Of a stretch of DNA of 39,219 nt, positions 17,043-24,997 are shown one piece after another. Source of the stretch: Phycisphaerae bacterium (GTDB lineage: Bacteria > Planctomycetota > Phycisphaerae > JAJVII01). A model generated the notes under the pieces. The model had not been told where the DNA came from. It saw only the letters and a list, made by a program, of their open reading frames with translations, and searched no databases. The DNA is taken from NCBI GenBank assembly GCA_028706835.1, contig JAQTVL010000002.1:1-39219 (forward strand), read 5' to 3'. Both the position numbers and the translations under genes were made by a program. The stretch's first letter is position 1. The number at the start of each line of letters is the position of its first letter.

Positions 17043-17414
17043 TCAATCCGCCGACGCCGCCACGGTCACGTTCTTGCCGGCCCCGGACAGCACGGCCGTC
17101 ACCAGCCCGGGGTTGTGGAGCACCGCGGTCGTAATGCGCCGCGTGTTGCTCACCACGGGGCTGCCCGGCAGGGCCTCGGTGTCGTAGTCCTGGCTGGCGG
17201 TCGGCACGCGGTTGAACGTCACTTGCAGTTCATCCACCACCAGCCCCGCATCCTGCAGGCGCTGGCTGTTCAGGCACTGGCACAGGAAGCGCCGCCGGGG
17301 GCTGGTCCAGGTACACGTGACCGTCCCGCCGGCCGGAATCGTCACCCCGGCCGGGGCGAGCGTCGGCTGTTCCAGCGCTCCCTCCGCCAGGGCTTCGCGT
17401 ACTTCGATAATCAT
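17043..17414 (-). CDS. Small capsid-proximal protein (123 aa; decoration/connector candidate)
   Basis: The ATG at 17414 is preceded by CCTGAGGTTGGCG. The track start is a TTG two codons upstream. Directly follows the capsid gene. Confidence 0.55.
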   Translation of the reverse strand: MIIEVREALAEGALEQPTLAPAGVTIPAGGTVTCTWTSPRRRFLCQCLNSQRLQDAGLVVDELQVTFNRVPTASQDYDTEALPGSPVVSNTRRITTAVLHNPGLVTAVLSGAGKNVTVAASAD

Positions 17415-17423
17415 CGCCAACCT

Positions 17424-17497
17424 CAGGGGTCAGGGTTCAGGGTTCAGGGCTCAGGGTTCAGGGGGCCACGCTGGCTGAACCCTGAACCCTGAACCCT
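17424..17497 (-). repeat. Heptamer array A: six plus-strand CAGGGTT-type units (17424-17465) facing three inverted units (17475-17497), giving a long hairpin
   Basis: Read directly. The minus-strand RNA would be GAGGGUUCAGGGUUCAGGGUUCAG-loop-CUGAACCCUGAGCCCUGAACCCUGAACCC. Lies between the capsid stop (17508) and the next ATG (17414). No U-tract. Confidence 0.7.
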
Positions 17498-17507
17498 CGT
17501 TTTCTTC

Positions 17508-18839
17508 CTACGCCGACGGGTTGATCGTGTTCTTGCTCTGGGCGCCCGGATTCATCGCCAGGAGCTGACACGACGTGTACCAGTACGACTCGTACGCATT
17601 GGCGTGCTCGCCGTTGGGGCCGAGCGCCCCGCTGCGCACGATCGTCTGATCGTCGCCGTTCATGGGCCCGAGCTCGCGCTCGACGCCCAGGCAGAGCGCC
17701 TCGCTGTCGAGCATGTAGCCCGTCCAGGGGGCGATCGCCAGGTCGATGATCAGCGGCACTTCCTGGCCGTTGGGGGCCAGCCAGTGCAGGGCCGGGTAGC
17801 CGAACACGCTCTTCTTGACCGCGCTCGGCCACTGCTGATAGCCGTAGTGGATGCGGCCGAAGTTCGTGTAGTAATTCGCGTCGCACAGGATCACGTTCGG
17901 CTCGGCGTTGCAGCGTTGCTTGGCCGCGAGCCAGATCGCGAAGAGGTTGTCCACCGTCCAGGTGGACTTGGCCTGGGCCAGGTACGAGCCGCCGGCCGTC
18001 TTGGCGTTGGTGCCCGTGCGGGTGATGCCGGCGTAGGCGCCGGTGCCGACGAGCAGGTCGAGGCCCTTGATCGCGTTGCCGTACTCGGACGCGAGCGGCG
18101 TGCCGAGCGGGTCGTGAATGCCGCCGCCGACGCCGCACCCGCGGAACACGCGCGTCGACGTCGTGACGGTCGGCGTCGTGCCGACGGTGAATTGCGTGGC
18201 GCTGACGATCGTGGCGATGGTCGCGGCGACCGGGCTGGTGCCCGTCGCGGTCGCGAGCACGATCGGCTGGCCCTCTTCGAGGTGCCGCGTGCTGTCCACG
18301 GTGATCGTCGAGCCCGAGCTGCCGGCGGTCACGATGGCCAGGATGCCCGTGCCGTCGCCGTACAGGTCGCGGTTGATCTGGTTGCGCACGTCGAGCGGCA
18401 GGCCCTGCATCTCGCCGTCGATGACTTCCAGCGCCGCGGCCTTGGCGCCCTTGGACGTGTCGAGCAAGGCCCCATCAATTTTGAAGCCGCCCCAGTAGTA
18501 CGTGGGGCGGATTTGGGCGCGGATGCGGGTCTGGCTGCCGGGCAGCGGCAACCAGCCGGTGGTCTGCCCGCTGGTCGCATTGCGGGCCCCGACGCCGAAG
18601 TTGCGCCCGACGTGGATGTTCCACTCCAAACACAGCCCGTATGAGCCGTTGGCCCCGGGGACCATGGCGGTCTTCAGGCCGCCGGTGCGCTTGGCGGCGA
18701 CGCTGCCGGGCCCGGGCGCCTTTTTCTGCAGGATGTCCAGGAACGGCGTGTCGGTGTACACCGCGTCACGCACGCCGTTCAGATAGACGTTACGCAGCGT
18801 TTCGTTCCAACTGGCGAGTGTGGCGGGTGAAGCACCCAT
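17508..18839 (-). CDS. Major capsid protein candidate (443 aa)
   Basis: Position after portal and scaffold. The ATG at 18839 has the strongest RBS in the window (GAGGAGTCGAAC). Followed by a large hairpin. The track extension to 18953 runs through a terminator. Confidence 0.65.
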   Translation of the reverse strand: MGASPATLASWNETLRNVYLNGVRDAVYTDTPFLDILQKKAPGPGSVAAKRTGGLKTAMVPGANGSYGLCLEWNIHVGRNFGVGARNATSGQTTGWLPLPGSQTRIRAQIRPTYYWGGFKIDGALLDTSKGAKAAALEVIDGEMQGLPLDVRNQINRDLYGDGTGILAIVTAGSSGSTITVDSTRHLEEGQPIVLATATGTSPVAATIATIVSATQFTVGTTPTVTTSTRVFRGCGVGGGIHDPLGTPLASEYGNAIKGLDLLVGTGAYAGITRTGTNAKTAGGSYLAQAKSTWTVDNLFAIWLAAKQRCNAEPNVILCDANYYTNFGRIHYGYQQWPSAVKKSVFGYPALHWLAPNGQEVPLIIDLAIAPWTGYMLDSEALCLGVERELGPMNGDDQTIVRSGALGPNGEHANAYESYWYTSCQLLAMNPGAQSKNTINPSA

Positions 18840-18869
18840 GTTCGACTCCTCAGGTCTTTTCTGGCCCGT

Positions 18870-18914
18870 AAAAAAAGGGGCGGTGGGTCGCCTACTCAGC
18901 GAACCACCGCCCCT
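18870..18914 (-). terminator. Canonical intrinsic terminator (11-bp GC stem, extendable to about 15 bp, plus U-run) between scaffold and capsid genes
   Basis: Minus strand: AGGGGCGGTGG-loop-CCACCGCCCCT followed by TTTTTT. It ends about 30 nt upstream of the capsid ATG. Confidence 0.6.
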
Positions 18915-19059
18915 ATCCGAGCGGGTGGGATAGCACCGGCCTGCGTCGTTCATGTGGCCTCAGACCGCCACAGGCTGGCTCGGTTTTTTACGGGTTACAG
19001 AAGGTTGTTGCTCCTAAACGGGCACGGGTTTCGCCAAGATCCTCTTGGCGGGTCCAGAC

Positions 19060-19932
19060 TTATTCGTCCGCGATGCCCAGCAAGGCCGCGGCCTTCTGCT
19101 TGGCGGCCCCGCTCCTCAGCTCGGCGGCGGTGCTGGGCACGATGGTCTCGGCCGGCGGCCGGCCGCCGCCGCGTTCGCCGGTCGCCTTGCGGTCGGCGGT
19201 TTTGCGCTTCACGAACTCCGCCACCGTCTGGTTGGCGGCTTCGGCCGCCAGCTCGGTGCGCTCGTCGATGAACGCTTTGAGCGCGGCCTTCTTGGACCCG
19301 CCGTGCTCGGCGATGTACTCGGCGACATAGCCCAGGGCCTGGGCGCTCAGCGAGCGCAGCCGCTTGGGATCGTCGGCCAGCTTCGCGAACGCAGGCGCAT
19401 CGGCCAGCGTCTCTTTGACTTCCGCTTGCCACGCGGCTTTGTTCTTCGCCTCAAGCGCGGCGCGGTCCTCGTTGGCCTTCGCGCCCTCCAGGCGTTCGAG
19501 CTTGGCTTCGGCCGCCTTGAGCCTGGTCAGCACCGGATCGTCGTCTACGTCCTCTGCGGCCGGCGCTGATTTCTTCTTGCCGTCCGCACCGTCTGCGGCG
19601 GCGGCGGCTCGCCGCGCGACTTCGGCTTCCCATAGCGCCGTAGCCTCCAGCCGCTCGACCGGGTTCATCTTGTCCAGCTTCACGGCCAAGCGCTCCCCCT
19701 GCGCTCGCATGGCATCGGTGCAGCCGTACTGGTCGTAGGCCGCCGCGCGCTGCGCCTTGGTCATACCGGCCAGGGCGATCTCCACGGTGGCGGCAGCGGC
19801 CTCCGTGGTTGCCGCCGTTCCACTCGCCGCGGCAGCGCTGTCCGTTTTCGCCGCGGCCGGGGGGGCGACTCCGCCGTCGCTCCCCGGCTCGCTGGCGAGA
19901 AACACGTTCGTTGTCTTTCCGTTGGGCCACAT
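19060..19932 (-). CDS. Scaffolding protein candidate (290 aa)
   Basis: Lies between portal and capsid. Ala/Glu/Lys-rich helical sequence. ATG preceded by GAGAGGA. Confidence 0.6.
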   Translation of the reverse strand: MWPNGKTTNVFLASEPGSDGGVAPPAAAKTDSAAAASGTAATTEAAAATVEIALAGMTKAQRAAAYDQYGCTDAMRAQGERLAVKLDKMNPVERLEATALWEAEVARRAAAAADGADGKKKSAPAAEDVDDDPVLTRLKAAEAKLERLEGAKANEDRAALEAKNKAAWQAEVKETLADAPAFAKLADDPKRLRSLSAQALGYVAEYIAEHGGSKKAALKAFIDERTELAAEAANQTVAEFVKRKTADRKATGERGGGRPPAETIVPSTAAELRSGAAKQKAAALLGIADE

Positions 19933-19948
19933 AGTTGCATCCTCTCGT

Positions 19949-22153
19949 TTACGCCGCGGCCGGTGCCAGCGGCATCGGCCCCCGCGGCTGACCTACATTC
20001 CCCGGCGGCGGTCCCGCCGGCGCTGGCATGCCATTACCCCCGCCGGCCAGGAAGTTCCGCAAGATCTCACCCCGCGGACCATTCAGCAGCGCGCCCATGC
20101 GCCCCGTCTGCGGGCCGGCCTGGTTTTCGAGCTGCGCCAGTTGCTTGTCCGCGGCCTGCTTGCGCTCCCATTCCAGCTTGGCCTCGCCGCCGAGCTGCCC
20201 GACGATCAGCGGCTGCACCGCCTGGATGCGGATCGTGTCTTTGTAGTAGCGCTCGAAATTGGCCTGCACTTCCGGGCTCAGGTGCTTGAAGTCCTCGCCG
20301 TTCATGAAGTGCAGCAGCTCCGCGGTGCGCACGACGTGGTTGTGATACCACGCCGGCGGCACGTAGCGGCCCGTCACCAGGATCTCATGCACCCGCCGCT
20401 GGGCCTCGCGGTCCTGCTGATCGCGGTCCAGCCGCCCGCTGCTGTCGCCCAGCTCCAGGACGGTCAGCACGAGCTGCCGATCGGCCGGGTCCTTCGGGTC
20501 GAAGAAATTGAACTGGATGAGCGTAATGATCAGATCCGTCTGGGCCGCGCGACTGCGGGCCGCCCCGGCGGTCTTCAGCGTGACGTTGAACGCTTCCGGG
20601 CCGCTGGCGGGCGTCCCGCCGGCGACGAGCTGCTTGCCGCTCAGCGCCCGCCGCTCCCACGCGTTGTCCGCCCCCCGCACGGCGATCATCCGCTCTTCGC
20701 TGACGAACTGCCGGATGCGGCACAGGATCAGCCGGAACACGTCCTGCGTCCAGCGGGCCAGGTTCTTGCGGGTCGGGTCCATGCGCGTATCGTCGGCCGA
20801 TTGCAGGAGTTGCACGAACCGGCCCGAGCGCCCGTTGGACGGGGCCTTGCCCAGCGACACGTCCTGCACGCCGATGCAGTTCTGGATCGCCCGCACCCAG
20901 CGGTCGAACATCGCATTCCAGCTCGGCGGCAGGTCCGGCCGGTCGAGGGCCTCGGGCTTCTTGTTCTTGTAGGTGAAGTACCCGCCCTTGCCGGCCACGT
21001 CGCTGGCCAGGATGCCGTTGTCTTCCGGTCCCCACATCGACGGGTTGACGTTCAGGTCCACGGCTTCCATGCCGCGGCTGACCAGGAAGTTGATCATGGC
21101 CTGCGGGTCGAACATGTCCCAGGCCGGCGTCTTGGGCCACGGGCTGTTGCGCACGCGCAGGCAGTCGCACGGGACGTACGGCACGCGCCCGTCGTCGTAG
21201 GGGTTGGCCAGCTCCGCGTTCCGCTTGCGGTTGACCACCTGGTCATTGACCAGCACGACGTGCAAGCCGGCGGGGTGCGCGGCCGAGCGCGGCGCCCACA
21301 GCTCGAACACGAGCACCGTCTCGCCGCGCCGCTGGTCGTAGACCGTGCTGCCCTGGGCGGTGAACTCGTTCCGGTACCACAGCTCGCGGGCGTCGGCGTA
21401 GGCCGGTTTCAGGTCGTCGGCTTTGAGGCCGTAGCGCGCGATGACGTAGCCGAAGCTGCGCTCGTGGCCTTCGAGCACGTACTCGGCCTTGCGGAACGGC
21501 AGGCCGACCGGCCCCCAGGTCAGGTTCCGCAGCGGCACGTTCTCGACGCACAGCTCCCCCATGCTCACGGTGCGGCCGGCCCCGCCCTGCTCCAACGGGT
21601 CGCCGTCGAGTTGCAGCGTCTCCAACTCGGCCGCGCTCAGCTCGAATTCGCTGCCGGCCAGCGGGTCCCAGGTGACTTTGCCGAAGCCCAGGCCGCCGAA
21701 CGCGATGAGCTGGCCCATGTCGTCCTTGAGCCGGCCGAGGTCCAGATAGTCCCGGTAGTAACGCAGCCAGGTGGTCTGCGCCCGGCAGGCGTCCAGGTCG
21801 GGCTCGCTGGTGCCGGTGGGTGTGGCTTCGGGCTCGACTGGGTCCAAGGTGGTCCGGGCCACGTACTGGTCGAGCAGCGGCGCGAAGTAGTTGACCATCA
21901 TCCGCACGCGATCGTCGGGGTTGGGGATCGGCTCGATGCGAAAGCTGGTGGTTCCGCCGGTGCTGGCGTGCCACAGGTACTGGTCGCCGCGGTACCAGGC
22001 CTCGGTCAGCTCGGCCAGAAGCTCCATCTGCACCTGCTGGGCCGGGCGGGATTGCCAGACATCCTTGACGAAGGCGGCGATCTCATCGTCCTTCGTCCAG
22101 TCCACCGTGTGGAAGGGCACGCCGCCGGGCAAGGTGTGCGTCGCCAGGCTCAC
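19949..22153 (-). CDS. Portal protein candidate (734 aa)
   Basis: Size and position downstream of the large terminase. GTG start in a GTGA overlap with the upstream stop. Normal amino-acid composition versus the Arg-rich antisense ORF. Confidence 0.7.
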   Translation of the reverse strand: MSLATHTLPGGVPFHTVDWTKDDEIAAFVKDVWQSRPAQQVQMELLAELTEAWYRGDQYLWHASTGGTTSFRIEPIPNPDDRVRMMVNYFAPLLDQYVARTTLDPVEPEATPTGTSEPDLDACRAQTTWLRYYRDYLDLGRLKDDMGQLIAFGGLGFGKVTWDPLAGSEFELSAAELETLQLDGDPLEQGGAGRTVSMGELCVENVPLRNLTWGPVGLPFRKAEYVLEGHERSFGYVIARYGLKADDLKPAYADARELWYRNEFTAQGSTVYDQRRGETVLVFELWAPRSAAHPAGLHVVLVNDQVVNRKRNAELANPYDDGRVPYVPCDCLRVRNSPWPKTPAWDMFDPQAMINFLVSRGMEAVDLNVNPSMWGPEDNGILASDVAGKGGYFTYKNKKPEALDRPDLPPSWNAMFDRWVRAIQNCIGVQDVSLGKAPSNGRSGRFVQLLQSADDTRMDPTRKNLARWTQDVFRLILCRIRQFVSEERMIAVRGADNAWERRALSGKQLVAGGTPASGPEAFNVTLKTAGAARSRAAQTDLIITLIQFNFFDPKDPADRQLVLTVLELGDSSGRLDRDQQDREAQRRVHEILVTGRYVPPAWYHNHVVRTAELLHFMNGEDFKHLSPEVQANFERYYKDTIRIQAVQPLIVGQLGGEAKLEWERKQAADKQLAQLENQAGPQTGRMGALLNGPRGEILRNFLAGGGNGMPAPAGPPPGNVGQPRGPMPLAPAAA

Positions 22154-22665
22154 TTCGCCCCTCCCCGGCCCAGGAGCGACATCACGGCGCCCTGCGGCCC
22201 GTTGCGGGTCATGTTGGCGATTTTCTCTTCCTGCCGGTCGCGCAGGGCCTTGCGCTCCGCAAGCGCCGCGACCCGCCGCTCTTCGGCCGTTTCGAGCTTA
22301 TCCAGCCGCAGGGCCAAGGCGGCTAGATCGGTCTCTAACTGCTTCAAGTCTTGAACCCACTTCTCCAGGCCGCTGTCGCGGCCAATGTTGTGGGCCAAGC
22401 CGAGGTGCAACTGGAGCTGGTCGCGCAGGTTCTGGAGTTGGTTGGCGTGTCCAGCGAGAAGGCCTTGCGGCCCGCGCAAGGCCATATCAGCCTGGGCCAC
22501 GCGCGTTTCCAGGGTTACCACCCGACGCCAGAGCCTAACGCGCTTCAGGTTTTGGGCGGCGTCCAGTTCACGCAGGTCGCGCGTCACCCGACGCGATAAA
22601 TGCCAGGCCTGCCCAATCAGCAGCAGCACGCTCACCCAGAGCAGAATCAGGCTGGCCGCGGTCAT
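22150..22665 (-). CDS. Membrane-anchored coiled-coil protein (171 aa) between terminase and portal
   Basis: The ATG at 22665 has an AGGAGG RBS: MTAASLILLWVSVLLLIGQAW (TM) then heptad-like LRELDAAQNL...LETDLAALALRLDKLE. The track extension to 22911 is non-coding. Confidence 0.6.
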   Translation of the reverse strand: MTAASLILLWVSVLLLIGQAWHLSRRVTRDLRELDAAQNLKRVRLWRRVVTLETRVAQADMALRGPQGLLAGHANQLQNLRDQLQLHLGLAHNIGRDSGLEKWVQDLKQLETDLAALALRLDKLETAEERRVAALAERKALRDRQEEKIANMTRNGPQGAVMSLLGRGGAK

Positions 22666-22677
22666 GCCCGCCCCTCC

Positions 22678-22694
22678 TGTTTCACTCTGAAACA
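22678..22694. promoter_or_regulatory. parS-like palindrome copy 2: TGTTTCA-CTC-TGAAACA
   Basis: Perfect 7-bp arms that abut the AGGAGG RBS of the 22665 gene. Confidence 0.45.
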
Positions 22695-22799
22695 CCGCCG
22701 CGCCAGATTGCGGTCTCGCTGTTCGGCACTGCTCAATCTGCGTTTTCGTGGCCAGGGGGCCGCGGCAACCGCGACCAGCAAGCCGAGCACCTCTTGCAT

Positions 22800-22827
22800 G
22801 GCTGACGGCTGACGGCTGAGAGCTGAT
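22800..22827 (+). repeat. Second heptamer array: GGCTGAC GGCTGAC GGCTGAG AGCTGAT
   Basis: Read directly, 10 nt beyond the terminase stop. TGA lies on the plus (antisense) strand here. Confidence 0.6.
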
Positions 22828-22837
22828 CGCTCTTTTC

Positions 22838-24577
22838 TCACCATCGCCCACGCCCTCCGCCGCCCACGCTGGCCAGTTCGCGGTTGCGTTCCAGCGCCCG
22901 GCCGACCGCATCGACGCCGGCGTAGCCGATCTTCAGCCCGGTGCGCCGGGTGAATGCTTTATCCCGCTGGTCGCGCGTCAGCGGCGGGGCTGGGTAGCGC
23001 GCCGGGGCGCTGGCCACGATCAGGCGGTTCAGGAAATCGACCCCGTACTGCACCTCCTGGCCGCGGCTCTCGGCCGCCTCGCAGGTGTAGGGCTGCAGGC
23101 AAATGCCTGCCTTGCGGAAGCTGTTGATGCAGTCCGGTCGGCTGCGATCGCCCACGCCGCCGGTGAAGCTCCAGGCCTCGCACAGCCGGTGTACGTCGGC
23201 CGCGTTGTCGTCGATGCTGCGGCCCTGGGCCGCGAAGTCCGGGTCGTACCACTCGGCGAACACGTGCCCGTGGCCGGTGAAGTTCCAGAAGGTGGCGATG
23301 TAGCGGATCACGTCCACGCCGTGGTTGTTCTCGTCGCGCGGCCGCCCGCGCGGGCCGTAGGTCAGGTGCGTCAGCTCGTGCCAGAAGTGCGGGCAGGCGC
23401 CGATGTCCACCGTGAACTGCGTCGGGCGGTCGCGATGGTGGGCCACGCACAGGGTTACGAACGGGTCCACGCCGCCCCAGTCGAAGCCGCGGTAGAGCTG
23501 GTAGCCGTCGGCGAGCAATTCCCCGACCGGCCGGTGCAGGCCGTGCCGCTCTTTCCGCAACGCCGGGAACACGCGGCCCTCGGCCACGGAAAACGCTTCG
23601 TCGGGCGTGCTGGGAAAATCCTGCATGAACTTGATCAGGCTGCCGGAGTCGGCAATCTTCTGCCGCCGCCAACGCAATTGCGCGTTGCTCAGTTGTGGCA
23701 CGCGCTCCAGCAACTCGGCTTCCGCCGCAATTTCCTTCGGCTCGGTCAGCGCCGGCAGGGGGGCCTCGTCGCCCAGCACGGCCCGCGGCTCGTCGTACCA
23801 GGGCGCGAACACGAACGCGAAACTGCCCTCCCCTTTCATCGCCAGCCGCGCCCGCCGCTCGAACTCGCCGGAGGTGTCGGCCCCGTTGGCGGTCGATTCG
23901 ATCACGATCACCGTGAACGGCGAATCGGCCACCGAGTTACTGACCGAGAGCATCTGCTGCTGCACGCTCTCCTGGTCGCCGGCGACCTTGGCCAGCTCGG
24001 ACAGGTGCAGGAACTGGATATTGGCCGACGAGCTGATGTACTGCCCGCCAAAGGTCCGCACCTGGAGCCACGAATCGTGCTGGTCCTGAAAGTCGAGCGT
24101 GCTCGCCGCCGGCCACTTGGGCTGGCTGGTATGCTCCGGGTCGTACACGAACATGCGGGCGGTGATCTCGAAGATGTCGCGCGTGCTGCTTTCGGTATGG
24201 GCCACCACCTGGGCATAGCGGTGCGGATAATGCTTGACCAGGTAGTAGCCCAGGGCCTCCACGATGGTCGAGCAGCCGGGCTTGCGGTACTTGAGGATCA
24301 GCACGCGGACCGGCAGCCCCAGCTTGGCCTGTTCCAGCATGGCCAGGTACACGTCGGTCTGCAGCGAGTTCGGCACCAGCGTAATCAAGTGCGCGTCTTT
24401 GTCCTTGATCACGCACGGCCCGGTGATCGGCCCGACGACGCCGGCCGCCCGCATGCGGGCCTGCGCCGCGGCGCCCGGCGGCGTGTGCAGCCACAACCAG
24501 AAGCCCCGCAGAATCGGGACCATGGGGGTCGCCGTTTCGCTTGGGGCGGCGGTCAGGATGGCGGGGGCAACGCTCAC
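22838..24577 (-). CDS. terL: Terminase large subunit (579 aa)
   Basis: Walker-A-like VLILKYRKPGCSTIVEA, Walker-B-like FTVIVIESTANG, and nuclease-domain motifs FDWGGVDPFV and HGVDVIRYI. GTG start at 24577. Confidence 0.85.
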   Translation of the reverse strand: MSVAPAILTAAPSETATPMVPILRGFWLWLHTPPGAAAQARMRAAGVVGPITGPCVIKDKDAHLITLVPNSLQTDVYLAMLEQAKLGLPVRVLILKYRKPGCSTIVEALGYYLVKHYPHRYAQVVAHTESSTRDIFEITARMFVYDPEHTSQPKWPAASTLDFQDQHDSWLQVRTFGGQYISSSANIQFLHLSELAKVAGDQESVQQQMLSVSNSVADSPFTVIVIESTANGADTSGEFERRARLAMKGEGSFAFVFAPWYDEPRAVLGDEAPLPALTEPKEIAAEAELLERVPQLSNAQLRWRRQKIADSGSLIKFMQDFPSTPDEAFSVAEGRVFPALRKERHGLHRPVGELLADGYQLYRGFDWGGVDPFVTLCVAHHRDRPTQFTVDIGACPHFWHELTHLTYGPRGRPRDENNHGVDVIRYIATFWNFTGHGHVFAEWYDPDFAAQGRSIDDNAADVHRLCEAWSFTGGVGDRSRPDCINSFRKAGICLQPYTCEAAESRGQEVQYGVDFLNRLIVASAPARYPAPPLTRDQRDKAFTRRTGLKIGYAGVDAVGRALERNRELASVGGGGRGRW

Positions 24578-24585
24578 GCAGGACT

Positions 24586-24613
24586 CAGGGTTCAGGGTTC
24601 AGGGTTCAGTTCA
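24586..24613 (-). repeat. Heptamer array B: minus strand TGAACTG AACCCTG AACCCTG AACCCTG
   Basis: Read directly. Lies between the micro-ORF stop (TGA at 24611-24613, the first unit) and the terL GTG (24577). Confidence 0.7.
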
Positions 24614-24709
24614 CAGTACCGCGTCGCAGCCGGCGAACAGGCCCGCCGCGCTCAACGCCAGGCTCAGCAGCTTGGCCCAGTGTTCGATCGTCCAGTTCGA
24701 CATGGTCAT
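24611..24709 (-). CDS. Micro-ORF, 32 aa (MTMSNWTIEHWAKLLSLALSAAGLFAGCDAVL), one hydrophobic segment
   Basis: Below the track cut-off. The ATG at 24709 is preceded by GAAGGAGC. Bracketed on both sides by heptamer arrays. Confidence 0.4.
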   Translation of the reverse strand: MTMSNWTIEHWAKLLSLALSAAGLFAGCDAVL

Positions 24710-24716
24710 GCTCCTT

Positions 24717-24746
24717 CGGGTTCAGGGTTCAGGCTTCAGGGTTCAA
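24717..24746 (-). repeat. Heptamer array C: minus strand TGAACCC TGAAGCC TGAACCC TGAACCCG
   Basis: Read directly. The stop codon of the 84-aa ORF (24743-24745) is the first TGA of the array, and the array ends at the micro-ORF RBS. Confidence 0.7.
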
Positions 24747-24997
24747 TTCAACAGCAACTGCCGGGCTTCCTCGGCGGCATGTTGCAACATCGTTTGCACT
24801 GGCGAGCAAGTCGTATACACGGAGGCAGCGACGCCGATGTGGGGTTGACCATTCACCTTGAAGATCCAACCCAGCAGGCTTTTCTCCGCGAGTGACGCTT
24901 CACGCCATATCGACGTCCAAGCCTTCATTTTCTGTGGGGGATTGCCGCAGACGAATGACATAGATGCAAAAAATGGAGTCTGGTCTCGGATCAGCAT
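24743..24997 (-). CDS. Hypothetical protein (84 aa) in a locally AT-richer segment
   Basis: Track ORF. The ATG overlaps the upstream stop (TGATG). Many A/T-ending codons, unlike neighbouring genes. Confidence 0.45.
   Translation of the reverse strand: MLIRDQTPFFASMSFVCGNPPQKMKAWTSIWREASLAEKSLLGWIFKVNGQPHIGVAASVYTTCSPVQTMLQHAAEEARQLLLN

Noticed and set aside
15058-17187. 709-aa plus-strand ORF antisense to the 625-aa structural gene
   Set aside because: Shadow-ORF composition and no RBS or context.
17424-17497. Heptamer arrays as telomere-like or CRISPR-like repeats
   Set aside because: The arrays are internal, only 3-6 units long, lack spacers, and always sit between genes. The unit differs from known telomeric heptamers. 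They are reported as a regulatory-repeat finding instead.
19757-22354. 865-aa plus-strand ORF antisense to the portal gene
   Set aside because: Shadow-ORF composition. The portal frame on the minus strand is far more protein-like and fits the module order.
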